A stretch of 64,000 nucleotides of DNA, taken from NCBI GenBank assembly GCA_037447605.1, contig CM074807.1:2986327-3050326 (forward strand), written 5' to 3'. A model generated the notes under the pieces. It was not told the origin of the DNA, did not search any database, and saw nothing but the letters and a program-made list of their open reading frames with translations. A program made the position numbers and the translations under genes. Shown one piece after another: positions 36,840 through 49,245 of this stretch. Position 1 is the first letter of the stretch; each line of letters opens with the position of its first letter. The stretch comes from Zygnema circumcarinatum SAG 698-1b. Taxonomy: Eukaryota; Plantae; Zygnematophyceae.

Positions 36840-39807
36840 ATGGCCATGGCGTCGGGTCGAGCAATCCTCTCTCGCTCGGCGAAACGCTTCAGTTCACGGT
36901 GGACAATGGTTGCTGGTATGCATGGCCTTCCATCGTCTGGCATGCTTAGTGAGGCCGATGAAGGGCCCATTGACGGCCGCAAGTACAGCATAGGGAATGG
37001 GCCTTCCACCATGAAGGCGGCAGTCTTGTGGAAGGCGAAGGGGTCGCTGGAACTGGAGCTTTTGCAGATTCCCCGACCAAAGGCGGGGGAGGTTCTTCTG
37101 AAAGTAAAAGGTATTAATTTGCACCTCAATGACGCTGGGAAGCCGGGTGTGCAGGAGAAAATGCTTCTGATTGTCAGATTATTGACAGAGCGTTTGTTTC
37201 GAACGGTTGACATGTGTTATTTTTTCTCATAAAAACTTTATACTTCCCATGCAGAACCTTGAATGCTTGCTGTGCCGGAGGAAGAATAAGTCTAGAAAGT
37301 CGTACGCCGATGACTTGAACCACTGCTGCTTCCCCATCCCACTCTCGTTCCTTACCGCAACGGTCACAAAATGTTTAACATTTTCGCGCCTCGCCAACTC
37401 CTTGTTGAGTGTGAATAAACCATCTCTAACAATGACGGACAGTTGGTCGTGACTTGATTTTATCCAAACTGATCCCTACATCGTGGCTTTTCACGTCTGG
37501 AGTTATCTGACATGTAATTAACTTATGGATTAATCAAAATTTTCCGGAGCTTGCAGCATGCGGAGTCTGCCATACAGATCTGCATGTCCTGAAGGGCGAC
37601 CAGCCGTTCCCCATCCCATGCGTCCTCGGCCACGAGGTGACCGGAGAGGTGGTGGAGCACGGGCCCAACACCGACCCAGGCACCGTCAGGAGGTGGGAGT
37701 CTCCCAATGGGCAGCTATTCCGGCCCTTAGAGAGTGCTCTCGGCCCCTTCATCCCTTAGAGCGCATTGCTTTACTTAGGTGTTGCACCTCCGAGATGCAG
37801 CCTTGGCAGTTTGCCCTAGCTGAGCGAGGTGCATCACGGTCAGAGGGGGTGATGTGGGGCAGAGTGCCCCTTGGATCACGCGTTGTGGGGGCGTTCATAA
37901 TGCCCTGCGGTGGCTGCTATTTCTGCACCCAGGTGCAATTTCCACTGCTGCATTATCAAAGAGCAGCAAAGGCTTGAGTAGTTCGCACTGTTTACAGCGC
38001 CTAAGCTTTGCGGTACCGCCCTGCAGGGTAATGAGGATATCTGCTCCACATTCTTTGACTATAACCGTATTAGGGGCGGTCTCTACGACGGTGAAACAAG
38101 GCTTTTCCGTGCATCTAATGGAGCACCTATTTCCATGTACTCCATGGGTGGCTTAGCGGAGTTCTGTGTAATCCCTGCCACGGCTGTGACTCCTCTCCCC
38201 TCGTCTCTGCCATATGCGGAGTCAGCTATTATGGGGTGCGCCATGTTCACAGCCTATGGAGCCATGCGCAATGCAGCCGACATGCGGGCAGGGCAGACCG
38301 TGGCTGTTATTGGAACTGGTGGTGTTGGTTTAAGGTACTCCCAACATTCAACTTGTCTTCTTAAAAAAGCAAATTGAAAATTTCTCTGGAACGATTTAAG
38401 CCTTGAGAGCTTTTATCGCAGGGCTTTAGCAATAAGGTAGTCATTATCTTTAGGAATCTCCTCAGTGTGCGCATCCAACTTTTCATGCTGACATCAAGCC
38501 TTTGACTCAACAGTACCTCGCCCTGTGCTCCCCCTACGCCCTCTCTCCCTCTCCCTGCTCCTCGTTTTCTCCCCTCTCTCTGGAGGTCCTCCCAGTTGCG
38601 TTCAGGTAGCCAAAGCCTTCGGTGGAAGCGCCATCATTGCTGTGGATGTGGCTGAATCCAAGCTTGAAAGGGCGCGAACTCTGGGAGCGACTCACACTAT
38701 CAATGCTTCTTCACAGGATGTGGTGGCCACTATTCAGGTGAGGACCTCCCTCAGCCAAAATGAAACAGAAGGTCTTTAATAGAGCATGTGCGAATGTGTT
38801 CCCCCGCCATATTAGCAGCCCCAAATTGGTTCTCTCCTTCACTTTTGTTCTTGTCCTCCCTTTCTCCTCTCAAGTTAGGTTAGAAAACCCTTTCAGCTGG
38901 AAGTAAACGTTGCTTTCTGCTTTACCCCCTGACAATGTAGTGTCACTTTAAAATCCATGCAAAGAGCATGGCATGGAAAGGGTATATGATGTCTGAAAAA
39001 GTGCCTTCACATATCCAGGAAATCACAGGAGGGCTCGGAGTGGACATAGCGGTAGAGGCTCTCGGCAAAGCGAGCACATTTGCGCAGGGGGTTCTCTGTG
39101 TGAGAGATGGAGGGAGGGCAGTCATGGTGGGAATTGCGCCCAAGGGCGTAACTGCAGAGGTGGATATTGCACGCGTGGTGCGCAGGAATGTGAGTCCCTG
39201 CGAACCTAATTTTTTCTCAGTCTTGCTCTTTGAACCAGCAGATGCGGTGATGGGAAGGAGAGGAGCTATAGATTGTAGAATATGAGCTCGTCGATAGTTG
39301 GAAAATTCCATGGTTGAAATCCTTGTCTCTTGTTTTGACTTCTGGCTAAAACCAAACTAAGTCTTTCTGGCTCGGACTTCTCTTTGGTTCTTGGAATGTT
39401 GGTGGCTGAAGCCCTAAGCTGTGTGGTGGCTGAAGCCCTAAGCTGTGTGGTGGCTGAAGCCCTAAGCTGTGTGGTGGCTGAAGCCCTAAGCTGTGTGGTG
39501 GCTGAAGCCCTAAGCTGTGTGGTGGCTGAAGCCCTAAGCTGTGTGGTGGCTGAAGCCCTAAGCTGTGTGGTGGCTGAAGCCCTAAGCTGTGTGGTGGCTT
39601 TGCCTGGCTCAGATCTCCATTGTGGGGTCCTATGGCGCCAAGGCGCGCAAGGACCTCCCGACCCTCGTGAGGATGGCGGAGAGGCGCCTGCTGGACGTCG
39701 CCTCCGCCGTCACGGAGCGGCACCCCCTCGAGGCCGCGGCCCAAGTGTACGAGGCCCTGGAGGAGGGGAGGATCGTCGGACGGGCGATTGTGGACATGGA
39801 ACTGTGA
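36840..39807 (+). CDS. Zinc-binding (GroES-like/MDR) alcohol dehydrogenase with organellar presequence, similar to Arabidopsis At5g63620/HER2, 7 exons
   Basis: Exons: 36840-37110, 37557-37692, 37863-37932, 38027-38334, 38596-38737, 39019-39189, 39613-39807. Motifs: [70 protein letters not shown]. Confidence 0.95.
39401..39599 (+). repeat. 24-bp minisatellite, 8 perfect copies plus a partial copy, in ADH intron 6
   Basis: Unit GGTGGCTGAAGCCCTAAGCTGTGT in head-to-tail array with no spacers. It ends 13 nt before the acceptor AG at 39611-39612. Confidence 0.95.
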
Positions 39808-39995
39808 AGGGCAACGGAGGGCTGCAACGGAACGCTTTATCATTTACACTGATCCGGTGGTGGCCTTATAGTCCAGATTCGATGTCGCCACAAAGTCAAG
39901 CTTCTTGTGGAGTAAAAAGTTGTTGTTGTTGGATGTTTGTGAGTGGTTTCCTCATCCGGAATTTTCATAGTTGTTGTGTTGGACAAAAAATGGTT

Positions 39996-40018
39996 CCCTA
40001 AACCCTAGAAACCCTAAA
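39996..40018. promoter_or_regulatory. Tandem telo-box / short CCCTAAA-type repeat
   Basis: CCCTAAACCCTAGAAACCCTAAA between the ADH 3' end and the SYP7 promoter. Confidence 0.5.
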
Positions 40019-40159
40019 GTTTGTTAATCTAAAATGAAGAAAATGCCAGGCTGAAGTTCGCTGTACCGTACGTCGACCGGCGTCGCGGTTATTGTGGCAG
40101 TCACAGTCGTAATACATTGGTATTTTGGCTAGAGTTTCCACAACGCCCTACCCGATCGC

Positions 40160-40650
40160 GCGCCGCCACGTGGCAGCTTCGGTTCACGTGGCGACCACGT
40201 TGCCATAGCTGCCACGCTGGCTCACAAAGGACACGTGGCGCGCTCCCGAGCATGCCATGTACGAAAGTCTCGCAAGCCTGAACGTGAAATTTGACGTGGC
40301 GCGTTCCGGGAGGCGCTGACGGAGTCCCAAAATCCTGACGCAAACAAGGTGGGAAAACGGACGGTCAGGATGTGTCCACGTGTACAGCCCGACGACCAAT
40401 GGGGTGCCGCGTGGTGGTTCTTCATCCCTGCGGAACTTCCACCCTGGCACGCAATGAATTGCCACATGGCACTCTCTTTTGTAAGAGTCTCAATTGGACG
40501 GCTGGATCTGTTCCGTTCCTTCATCCGACGGTCAGATTGAGATCCACTGAAGGTCGACGATTGCACTCCAAATCTGGATTCTGGATTTGGTGAACCTGCA
40601 GGCGAATCGTCCAATGAAGACCCGCCACGTGTATAATTTGTAACGTGGCG
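40160..40650. promoter_or_regulatory. Dense G-box/ACGT cluster upstream of SYP7
   Basis: CACGTG at 40167, 40185, 40232, 40377 and 40626, plus GACGTGGC (40293) and AACGTGGC (40642). Three ACGG...GAT motifs lie at 40359, 40496 and 40525. Confidence 0.6.
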
Positions 40651-40894
40651 AGTTCCTATTGGTGGATGTTTGACACAGAAAAAACTGACTTCCTCCTGTC
40701 CGCGTCGGCTGAAGAGGGCGCGGCGGAAGGGTGCTTTCTTTCCTTTCCCGCGCTGGAAGCCATGGCGGGGGGGCGCGCTCCGGTCCGCGGCCTGCGCTAC
40801 TTGAGGAGGGAATTTGTGGATCTGGATCAGGAAGGGAGGAAGGGTGGGTGGTGGTTTAGGAGAAGGGGAAGGAGAAGGGAGGCTTCGGAGCAGG

Positions 40895-43322
40895 ATGAGT
40901 CTGCTGGACGTGCTTACGCGAGTGGAGGCGGTCTGCAAGAAATATGAGAAGTATGATATGGAGAAGCAGAGGGAGAAACGGCAGCCTGGAAATGACGTGT
41001 TTCTGCTTCTGTATCAGGATATGCTGCTCCAAATTGGCGCTGCTGAGGAGGTGCGTATCAGGAATCGGCAATGAAGCGTGGTAGAAGCCATCTACTTGTG
41101 TTTTTGCGTAGTTTTTGACCTCTTATTGATAATTTTCTTATTTTTTTTTTCAGAGATCTTGTGAAGCAGCCATTGAGAGGAATCGGGCCACCATGGCAGC
41201 CATAAACTCAGAAATAAGGCGCAGGAAAGCGGCCATTGCCGTTGAAATCCCCAAACTCGAGAGACTGGCCTCCCGCAAGGTGAGATTCCCCCCCCCATTA
41301 TTTTTGGCAAATAGATTGCTCGTTGCATACAACGAAATCGGCAAAACAGTAAGGCATGGCCTTGCTTTCGGGCATGACTCGTTGAATTCCTTAATTTCAC
41401 GCAGTGTAAGGGAAGTAAAGAGAAGCACGTTTGTAAACAGAGTGTGTATCATAGTTCTACTCAACATGACCTTCTGACGTGCTTGCAGGCAAAAGGGGTC
41501 TCTGCCGAGGAGCTTGCTGCTCGGCCGAACCTTGTCGTGGCCTTAACGGAAAGATTAAACAATGTTCCTGATGGTTTAACGAATCGCTCTGGAGCTACAT
41601 CTGCTGTCAAGAAATCAGAAGCTAAATACGGTTTTCCAATGGAAGGTAACCTACCAATTCAGGTCAAACAGTTTTTTGCACTTCGTAGCTCGGCAATTTT
41701 TTTTTCGGTCTGCATTCAGCATTTAGTGATTATGTCAAACAAGTTACTCTATGGGCACAACATCGCCACAGTGGTGACCGAAAAAGGAGAAACAGGCACG
41801 TAATGCTTGAAGTCCCGCTTGAATTGACAAAAGTGCTGAGTGACTGCAGGTGACTTGGAGTCTCGGCCGGAGTACTGGAAGGAGACAGAACTCTCCACAG
41901 CATTTCGTTCCGAGTTTAAAGAGAGGAAAGCTAAACAGGTGAGCTTCAACGTTCGTTCGGTTTAAGTGAAAAGCTCACTCACTTGTCATATCTCGGAAGT
42001 CTTTATTCGTGGAGAATTCAACTGTACTCCCCACAACTACCCCAAGGTGCAATCGAATTTGTATTCCGTTACTTCCACGTACAAATGCTGTGGTTCTGAT
42101 GTCGCCGCTGTTTTCTTAAAATGAGTCGTTGTCCTACAAACTAACTTGTCTTCTGAGGATGGAGTGGCAGTGCAGGACCAAAACCTGGACATCATATCGG
42201 AAGGTCTTAATACTCTGAAAAACTTAGCAACTGATATGGGAGAGGTGAACCCCTTATCCATCACCTGGCCCTGCAATTTACCATATGTTCACAGAGGATG
42301 TCCAGAGTTTCCTCTGGAATTCCATAGATTCTTTTTTCAAGCCTCGCTTCGTCTACTCTTCCTGCAGGAACTTGACAGACAACAACCTCTGGCAGATGAA
42401 ATAGAGTCCAAGGTGGGTCTCACTCCTTTCACGCCCCAAACAGACACTCTTGTAGAGGTAATGCATGCTTTGCATCGTCTTCCATATGGCACTGCTACAC
42501 CATAGGATATCATTAACAACCGTTCAAAATGGGCTGATGTTGCACAGCAGACTTTTCCATGTTGTCTGAAGATAACTCGTCAGTTGCTGTAATTTCCAGG
42601 CGGTCGCATCCACAGAAGAAATGAAGCAGACCAACCGCCGGCTGAAGCAAACACTTCATCAGGTAAACACCATAACTGCTTAGGGTGATTCTTCCAAAAC
42701 CCTATTATTCCCAGTAAAACATTGGAGGACAGGTGCTCAAGATCCTTTTTTTTTCGAACACCAATAGCAGACGAAGGGTTCACAGACTTTGCTCAGCATA
42801 CCCCATCAAACACATTGAGTGCCATATAGAGTTGTTGGGGGTTTACAGTTCCATTGCTCGACGTATGCTTGCAGATGCGTTCGAGCCGAATGTTCATTAT
42901 CGACATCATCCTCCTCTGCATTATTCTGGGCCTCGGAGCATATCTCTATAAGTGAGTTCTACCCGACGGCTGATGAATCATCCAACGTCCTGGTTGTCTA
43001 ACGCACGATTTCCGGCACCTTTCACAATTTTATAGGAGCCCAGGAGCCAGTGCTTCATCTTGTTCTCTATCGCCAGATTCCCGCTTTACGCCTTGCTGCT
43101 CCTTTTTTGCTTTGTGTACCTCCAAGCATTGACCTCGCTTCCGCCAGCAACTGCGCTGAATCTCTTCTCCCCTCACCCCAGCATGTGTGAATTCTTTGCA
43201 TTTGTCTCATCTGATCCTCCCTGAGAGTAGGAGCGACGTCTCCCCGTGTGGAAATGCAGAAGAGCTGCGTCGTCATGCGTCATGTAACTTCGCCTGGATT
43301 TTGTTGCAGGAGTCTGAAGTGA
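40895..43322 (+). CDS. SYP71: Qc-SNARE syntaxin of plants SYP7 family (SYP71/72/73-like), 9 exons
   Basis: Exons: 40895-41050, 41154-41279, 41489-41645, 41850-41938, 42176-42244, 42368-42412, 42600-42662, 42875-42951, 43310-43322. MSLLDVLTRVEAVCKKYEKYD, QDQNLDIISEGLNTLKNLATDM, ELDRQQPL, and a C-terminal TM segment IDIILLCIILGLGAYLY. Confidence 0.93.
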
Positions 43323-43656
43323 CTTATTTACTTCAGGCCGTAACAGGCGGCGGTCCCTAATTACAACACTTCAGCTGATGTTGATCCAAGTGTTCGACCT
43401 GTGTTGGTGCAACGACGTACCACTTTACGGCTGTTCAACTTAACCGCAGTGGACTTATTAGCACATGTTTTCAATAACGCATATACCTGGGGTTGTCGTT
43501 CTCGCTTTTTTACCCCTTAACTAAGTAGTGGAGGTATTGACCAGTTCAACTATGCTGAACTCAGGGGGAGATGGAAGCAGCACTATAAGTCTCCAGATTC
43601 ATGTTCGTCATCACAATAGGTTGCTGAGTCTCCCTGCGTACAGTGATTGACGAGGG

Positions 43657-43885
43657 CAATGGGCACTGATGACGATGATGCTGCTGATGATGGTGATGAT
43701 GACGATGATGCTAATGCTGATTCTGATGCTGCTGCTGATGATGTTGATGCTGCTGATGACGACGGTGATGATGATGATAATGACGATGATGTTGAAGAGG
43801 ACGATGACGAGTACCCAGTGCGGAGTATGGTGATTACAATGACAGTGATGATAATAATGATGACGATGACCACAGTGACAACGAC
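43657..43885. repeat. Degenerate (GAT/GAC/GCT)n trinucleotide tract
   Basis: Read directly between the convergent 3' ends of SYP7 and EF-Tu. Confidence 0.85.
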
Positions 43886-44251
43886 ATTGATAAAGTTGTT
43901 TTATTGAGCAATTTTCTCAATTCCATATGAAAAAACCTGTAGGATTTTGTTGTGTTTGTATGACAGGGTGTCCAACCGATGTGCTGAAATGAAGTCGCAA
44001 TGAGCCAGCGCATGCCTACCGAAAAACCATTCCATGAATTCGTCTACCTCTATTTCTTCACACTCGCCACAGTCCAAAAAACGTGCCCGGCCAGATGACG
44101 GTTTATCCTTTACTCAGCGCTTCCTAGACTGCGGCCTCGACATACTGAGCGGCCTTCACGTGCCCTTACCTCATTCAGTTCCACTCCTTTCTCTCTTGCC
44201 TGCGCTCTCAACATGACGCTGCCGAAACATGCGGACCATGTCAAGTTCCTA

Positions 44252-47200
44252 TCAGTCAAGCAGCTTCGATACCACTCCAGCTCCCACTGTCCGCCCTCCT
44301 TCTCGCAAAGCAAATCTTTGACCTGCAAAAGCAAAAGATCAAGTCAATAAAACCGAGAGATTCGAGAAAACCCAGCTACAGCTGTTACTCCCATCTGAAA
44401 CACGAACTTAGGAACACTGCAACTTTAACTAAATCAGTGGCAGCTCATAACACGGTGCCCTTACCCGCATCAATGGCCACCGGCGTAATGAGTTCAAACT
44501 TGGCAGTCAGATTGTCTCCCGGCATCACCATTTTCACATCTTCTGGAAGATCCACCCGTCCCGTCACATCCGCAGTTCGCAGGTAGAACTGCGGCCTGTA
44601 GTTGGAAAAGAAGGCCGTGTGCCTTCCTCCCTCCTCCTTTGTCAAGACGTAAATCTCCGCCTCAAAATTTTTGGAGGTCTTGACAGTGTTTGGCTTGCAA
44701 ACCACCTGCAGCCAATGCCAACCCTTACTCTCAGTGTCAAAGATTCCCTTATCTGCGGCCTTTGCCAGCCACTGAGCAAAAAGCAGGAAATCATCTCCAC
44801 GAGAACATGTATTCCAGAATAGAAGAAAGCCATTGATAGGATAAAAGCAGCCCAGTCATTAAGTTTCCAGCTTTGTCCACTTTTGCTAATTCAACAAGAT
44901 AGCCATCAGCAATGCTCACCTGTCCGCGCTGAACGTCCTCTCTTTTGATACCACGCATAAGCAGACCCACATTATCTCCAGCCTGCAAAATGTCCTCTCA
45001 CCGCAGCCTCTACAAGGGTGTGAGCTTGCATCCTACTTGATCTCTATATCACATCACTACAATTTCACGAAAGGTTCTTTGGAGGCGTGTGAACTGGTAT
45101 TGACCGCACCTGGCCTTGATCAAGACTCTTCTTGAACATCTCCACGCCTGTCACTGTTGTCTTGATCGATCCAACCTGCAACCCATATGGAGGAATTGTA
45201 AGCATTTTACAAAAAAAGTTTTTCACGGAGGAGAAAAGAGTTTTTAGAACGTTCGTCCCAGTTGCTCCTCTCAAACCTTTCTTCCACGACAAAGTCTGAC
45301 AAAGCAAGATCAAGACACAAGGGTTGCAGTCAAGAGAAGCAAGAAAAAGCAAAACAGACGCAAATGCAAAGCAAAGCAAGGCTAAGCATGAGGGACTAAA
45401 GTATAAGCCGCGAAGCAAGATTGACTCCTTTCTACATACTGAGCTAGCCATGAGGCTCGCACACACTAGTACTCACCTTAATTCCCACAATCTCCACTTC
45501 ATCTCCCACTTTTACAATGCCTTGCTCCACTCGACCTGTGACGACCGTTCCTCTTCCCTGCCATAATCCAGCTACGTCCTTGTCAAACGAGAGCTATCTG
45601 AACCTTTCCTGAAATCTGAGTATCTCAACGGCGAATCAAAGCACTTGCGGAAATGCAGAGTCCTCCACAACCGTCATTTCGAAACGGTGACAGGTGGCAC
45701 GGAGAGCGGCCATGACACTGCCACAAAACATTCTCTTTCACGCACCTGAATAGAAAAGACATCTTCAATTGGCATCAAAAAAGGTTTTTCCAGCATTCGT
45801 ATTGGTTCGGGGATGTATGAGTCGACTGCCTCCATGAGCTTAAGGATTGCTTTCTTCCCAATCTCCTCGTTTGTACCCTGTAGAGCCGAAAGAGCTGATC
45901 CTCGCACAATTGGAATGTCATCTCCTGGAAACTTGTAGAAGGTCAAAAGCTCTGTGGAGTACCCAGGCCCCAACGTACACAATTAAATATACAAAATGCG
46001 CCTAGTGTTCAGTGCCTGCAGTCCACAATGTTTAATTCTCATGTGAGACATAGATTATCTTATAAGAATTTGTGCCAGGTTTGACAACCTGGTAAACTGT
46101 TCTGCAGTTAATGTACTCTAACTCCTCAAACACAGACCTCCCACATTATCCCCCCCTACCTCTCAACTCCATTTCAACAAGTTCAAGCAGCTCCTCGTCG
46201 TCCACCATGTCCACCTTGTTTAGGAAGCAGACAAGTGACGGCACACCTACCTGCAAGTCAATTCAATGCAGCAATTGTAAAGCATGTACAGCCTTGCACT
46301 GCAAAATCTCCGCCCATCGCCCCCTACCCCAAACACCCTCCTCCCCCCAACACAAGTCTACCCTGCTAAGAGTGGCTGATAATAATACATCATGGAATCT
46401 GTGCTCCCTTTGGAAATCAATATAAGATTAAGAAGTATCACCTGGCGAGCCAAAAGAATATGCTCCCTTGTTTGGGGCATGGGCCCGTCCGGCGCTGACA
46501 CTACAAGGATGCCCCCATCCATCTGCGCTGCTCCTGTGATCATGTTCTGTTCATTGCACCCCCAATCCCAGCTTCCTTGCTTCTGATCAGCTTCGTTTAA
46601 AGTTCTATTGTTTCGTCTATCTAAGGGTACACAGTTATATAACTCTTTACATCTACTTCGAGGCGAGATATCAAAGTTCAAGGACGAAGGGCCACCTTGA
46701 CATAATCTGCGTGTCCAGGGCAGTCCACGTGAGCATAGTGACGCTTGTCTGTCTCATACTCCACGTGTGCCTGCACCTCAGCTGCGCTCCCTCTTGCTTT
46801 ATCCACACCAGCAGATCTTCAGCTCACATACAACTTTGACCAGTGATCTGCAGTTTGGCGGTTTGCCAGCACTCAGAAGAGGCCCAGCAACAACCAGTCA
46901 CACTTGACGCATAACAGAACTCTCGCCACGTTGGAATCGGCACAATTCTCAATCAACTCGTGTGTACACGATCTAAAGGAAAGTCTTCTGATGTTCATTC
47001 AGCATAAATGAACATTCAGGTGTGCAGAGAGCGCGTTTTTCCTATGAATTTGGGCAGCTCATCGTCCTGCCATGTTATTTCATGCAAGCTGCCAAAAAGA
47101 AGTCCACTGCCACCGGCAAAGTAGTCCACGGGACAAGATGTGTTTTTGACTCCGAGACTGCTACCACGGCGTTGCAAAAAGGAATGGTTTCGCTCACTGT

Positions 47201-48370
47201 TGCAATAGTGATGCCTCGAGCTTTTTCTTCGGGGGCCTTGTCGATTTCATCAAACGCAATCGCTTTTGCCTTGCCTTCATCTGCCAAGACCTGCATAGAG
47301 CAGGATACACAAGTGCAACCAAACTGTTCAGTGCTACAACATATACAAAAACAATAACCATGATAAATGTCAAGATCCTAAGACGAATGATATGACCAGC
47401 TAGGGAGAGCTCTAAGTATAAAACAAGAGTGCGGAAGCGGAGAGTTTTGCTCCTAAATGTCTGTAATGCCAGGAGAAATACCCTTGTAATTGCGGCAGTG
47501 AGGGTTGTCTTTCCATGATCCACGTGTCCTATTGTTCCGATATTCAAGTGAGGCTTCCTGCAGGTGAATTCTCATGCCCGATGTTCAAAGTAGCTAAAAA
47601 AAATCATCATTTGAAAGGTCTAATCTAGAGCATGGGAAGCTTTTACATCGACGATATTTTTACGGTCCGTGGCACAGACCCCCAGGATATGAGGGTCATA
47701 AGGATGCAATTGTTCATGCTAGGATTTAAACCATAAACCCTTCCGGAGACGCATGACCACCGAAAGCCAGGAATTACTTTGAAACACCTGAAGAACGAGA
47801 CTTCTTCAGAAGGTTAATTTTGTCTAGGATCACCAATTTGTAACTTCAAATTGGCACTGAAACATAGAAACAAGCGCTCTCCGCCCATGGCGAATTTATG
47901 CCTTCAAAACAGCACACTTTAACTTCCAAAGTGTTGAGAATGAACCAAAAAAAAAACCATTCTGAAAACAGTCAAATGAAAACGAGTACGACAATGTCCT
48001 TCTTCTCCTTGATGAAATTTCCATCCCTCTAAATCCACACCAAGCTCGCTCCTGTGTGCTGACTCCAACCCTCCCTCCCTCCCTCTCCATCCTCACACCA
48101 ACACAACCTCCACTACTTTGTACCAAAAAGGGCAAACAAAGAAACCCTGGAAACTCACGTCCGTGTGAATGTAGCAAAGCCTCGAGCATCATGGCGATCC
48201 CAAGGAAGGAAGCCCACATTTGAACCCAAAGAGCTTAATCCAGAAACAGTTCCAAGGTCTTGAATAGCAGCAAGAGGAGGAAGTGGAGCGACTCTGGAAG
48301 ATGTTCCGACCGCAGCTTGCACTCTTAACCGACTGAAAAGGCGGCCAAGAGCAGACCTTCCGCAGGCCAT
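44252..48370 (-). CDS. TUFA: Mitochondrial translation elongation factor Tu (nuclear-encoded)
   Basis: Exon 48159-48370 encodes the presequence [19 protein letters not shown]...FATFTR. Exon 47482-47557 gives [24 protein letters not shown]. Later exons give [67 protein letters not shown], and the last exon gives [23 protein letters not shown]. Confidence 0.97.
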
Positions 48371-48503
48371 AGCGGCCGAATAACCACCTTTTTGCAAACA
48401 CCTAAAGCTTAAGTGAATGTTGAGAGGAGAAGCTTTCTGAGGTAGCTCTCAGGCGAGAGGCTCCCATTACCATAGCTGCTGCAGAGCAGCTCGGTCTCTC
48501 TTC

Positions 48504-48703
48504 AAACCCTAACTTTGCGCGGCTTTCTCGAGGGCCGCTTCCAAGGTTCCATGTGCTAACGCTGCTTGCGTTCCGTACTCACATTCCCAACAGCGATCCC
48601 GAGCACAGTTCGTTGGGGCCTCAGTTAGAGTGCTCTGACACAGTTCCATGTGGAAAGATTTGTTGAACGGGATACCATGTGCATAGAGCGACAGTTAGGG
48701 TTT
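48504..48703. promoter_or_regulatory. Pair of oppositely oriented telo-boxes in the EF-Tu / thioredoxin-like bidirectional promoter
   Basis: AAACCCTAA at 48504-48512 and TTAGGGTTT at 48695-48703. Confidence 0.6.
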
Positions 48704-48768
48704 GAAGGCGGTGCTGGGTGGTGAACTTGATCACTGTGAGCGGGCAGGGCGACAACTAAGAGGGCGCC

Positions 48769-49245
48769 ATGGACGCCTTCTTAGAGAGACTTGCTCACAC
48801 GTGCCGTTACTATACGGGTTTCCCTCGCTCTCCCTGCACCGGAAATGTATATGATTTCTCATCGGAGAAGGATTTCGTGAGTCTCCTCTCGGAAGGCGCT
48901 CCTGTAGTTGTCGCCTTCACTGTGGAGTGTGAGCACACTAAGCATTTGGACAGGGTGCTCTGCGAAGCATCTGAAGAATGGCATCCCCGGGTGCGATTTC
49001 TTAGAGTAGAGTGTCCTAAGTATCCGGGCTTCTGTATTTCCAGACAGCGCAGAGATTATCCGTTCGTCGAAGTGTTTCAGAATTCGAGGGTGGTAGGAAC
49101 CGAGGAATCTGGAAGCGGAAGCGGAGGGGCGACTATCACGAAGTATACTGTGAGCGTCATCCCTTACACGTATGACGTGAGTACATATGGATTTGAGGAG
49201 TTTTTTAAGAAGCTGGGCATGCAGCCTGTTATGAAGCGTTCGTAG
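48769..49245 (+). CDS. Intronless thioredoxin-fold protein lacking CxxC (resembles the plant At5g57230-type family)
   Basis: Single 158-aa ORF. RYYTGFP...SEKDFVSLLSEGAPVVVAFT...KHLDRVL.EA..EWHPRVRFLRVECPKYPGFCISRQRRDYPFVEVF...YDVSTYGFEEFFK matches a conserved plant thioredoxin-superfamily protein as I recall it. Confidence 0.85.
   Translation: MDAFLERLAHTCRYYTGFPRSPCTGNVYDFSSEKDFVSLLSEGAPVVVAFTVECEHTKHLDRVLCEASEEWHPRVRFLRVECPKYPGFCISRQRRDYPFVEVFQNSRVVGTEESGSGSGGATITKYTVSVIPYTYDVSTYGFEEFFKKLGMQPVMKRS

Noticed and set aside
39384-40001. 24-bp repeats as a CRISPR array, or the (VVAEALSC)n ORF as a protein
   Set aside because: The units are head-to-tail with no spacers, the context is eukaryotic, and there are no cas genes. 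The ORF is out of frame with the ADH exons and is a by-product of an intronic minisatellite.
43964-43976. CAGGGTGTCC resembling a mariner TIR start
   Set aside because: There is no matching inverted partner nearby and no preceding TA.
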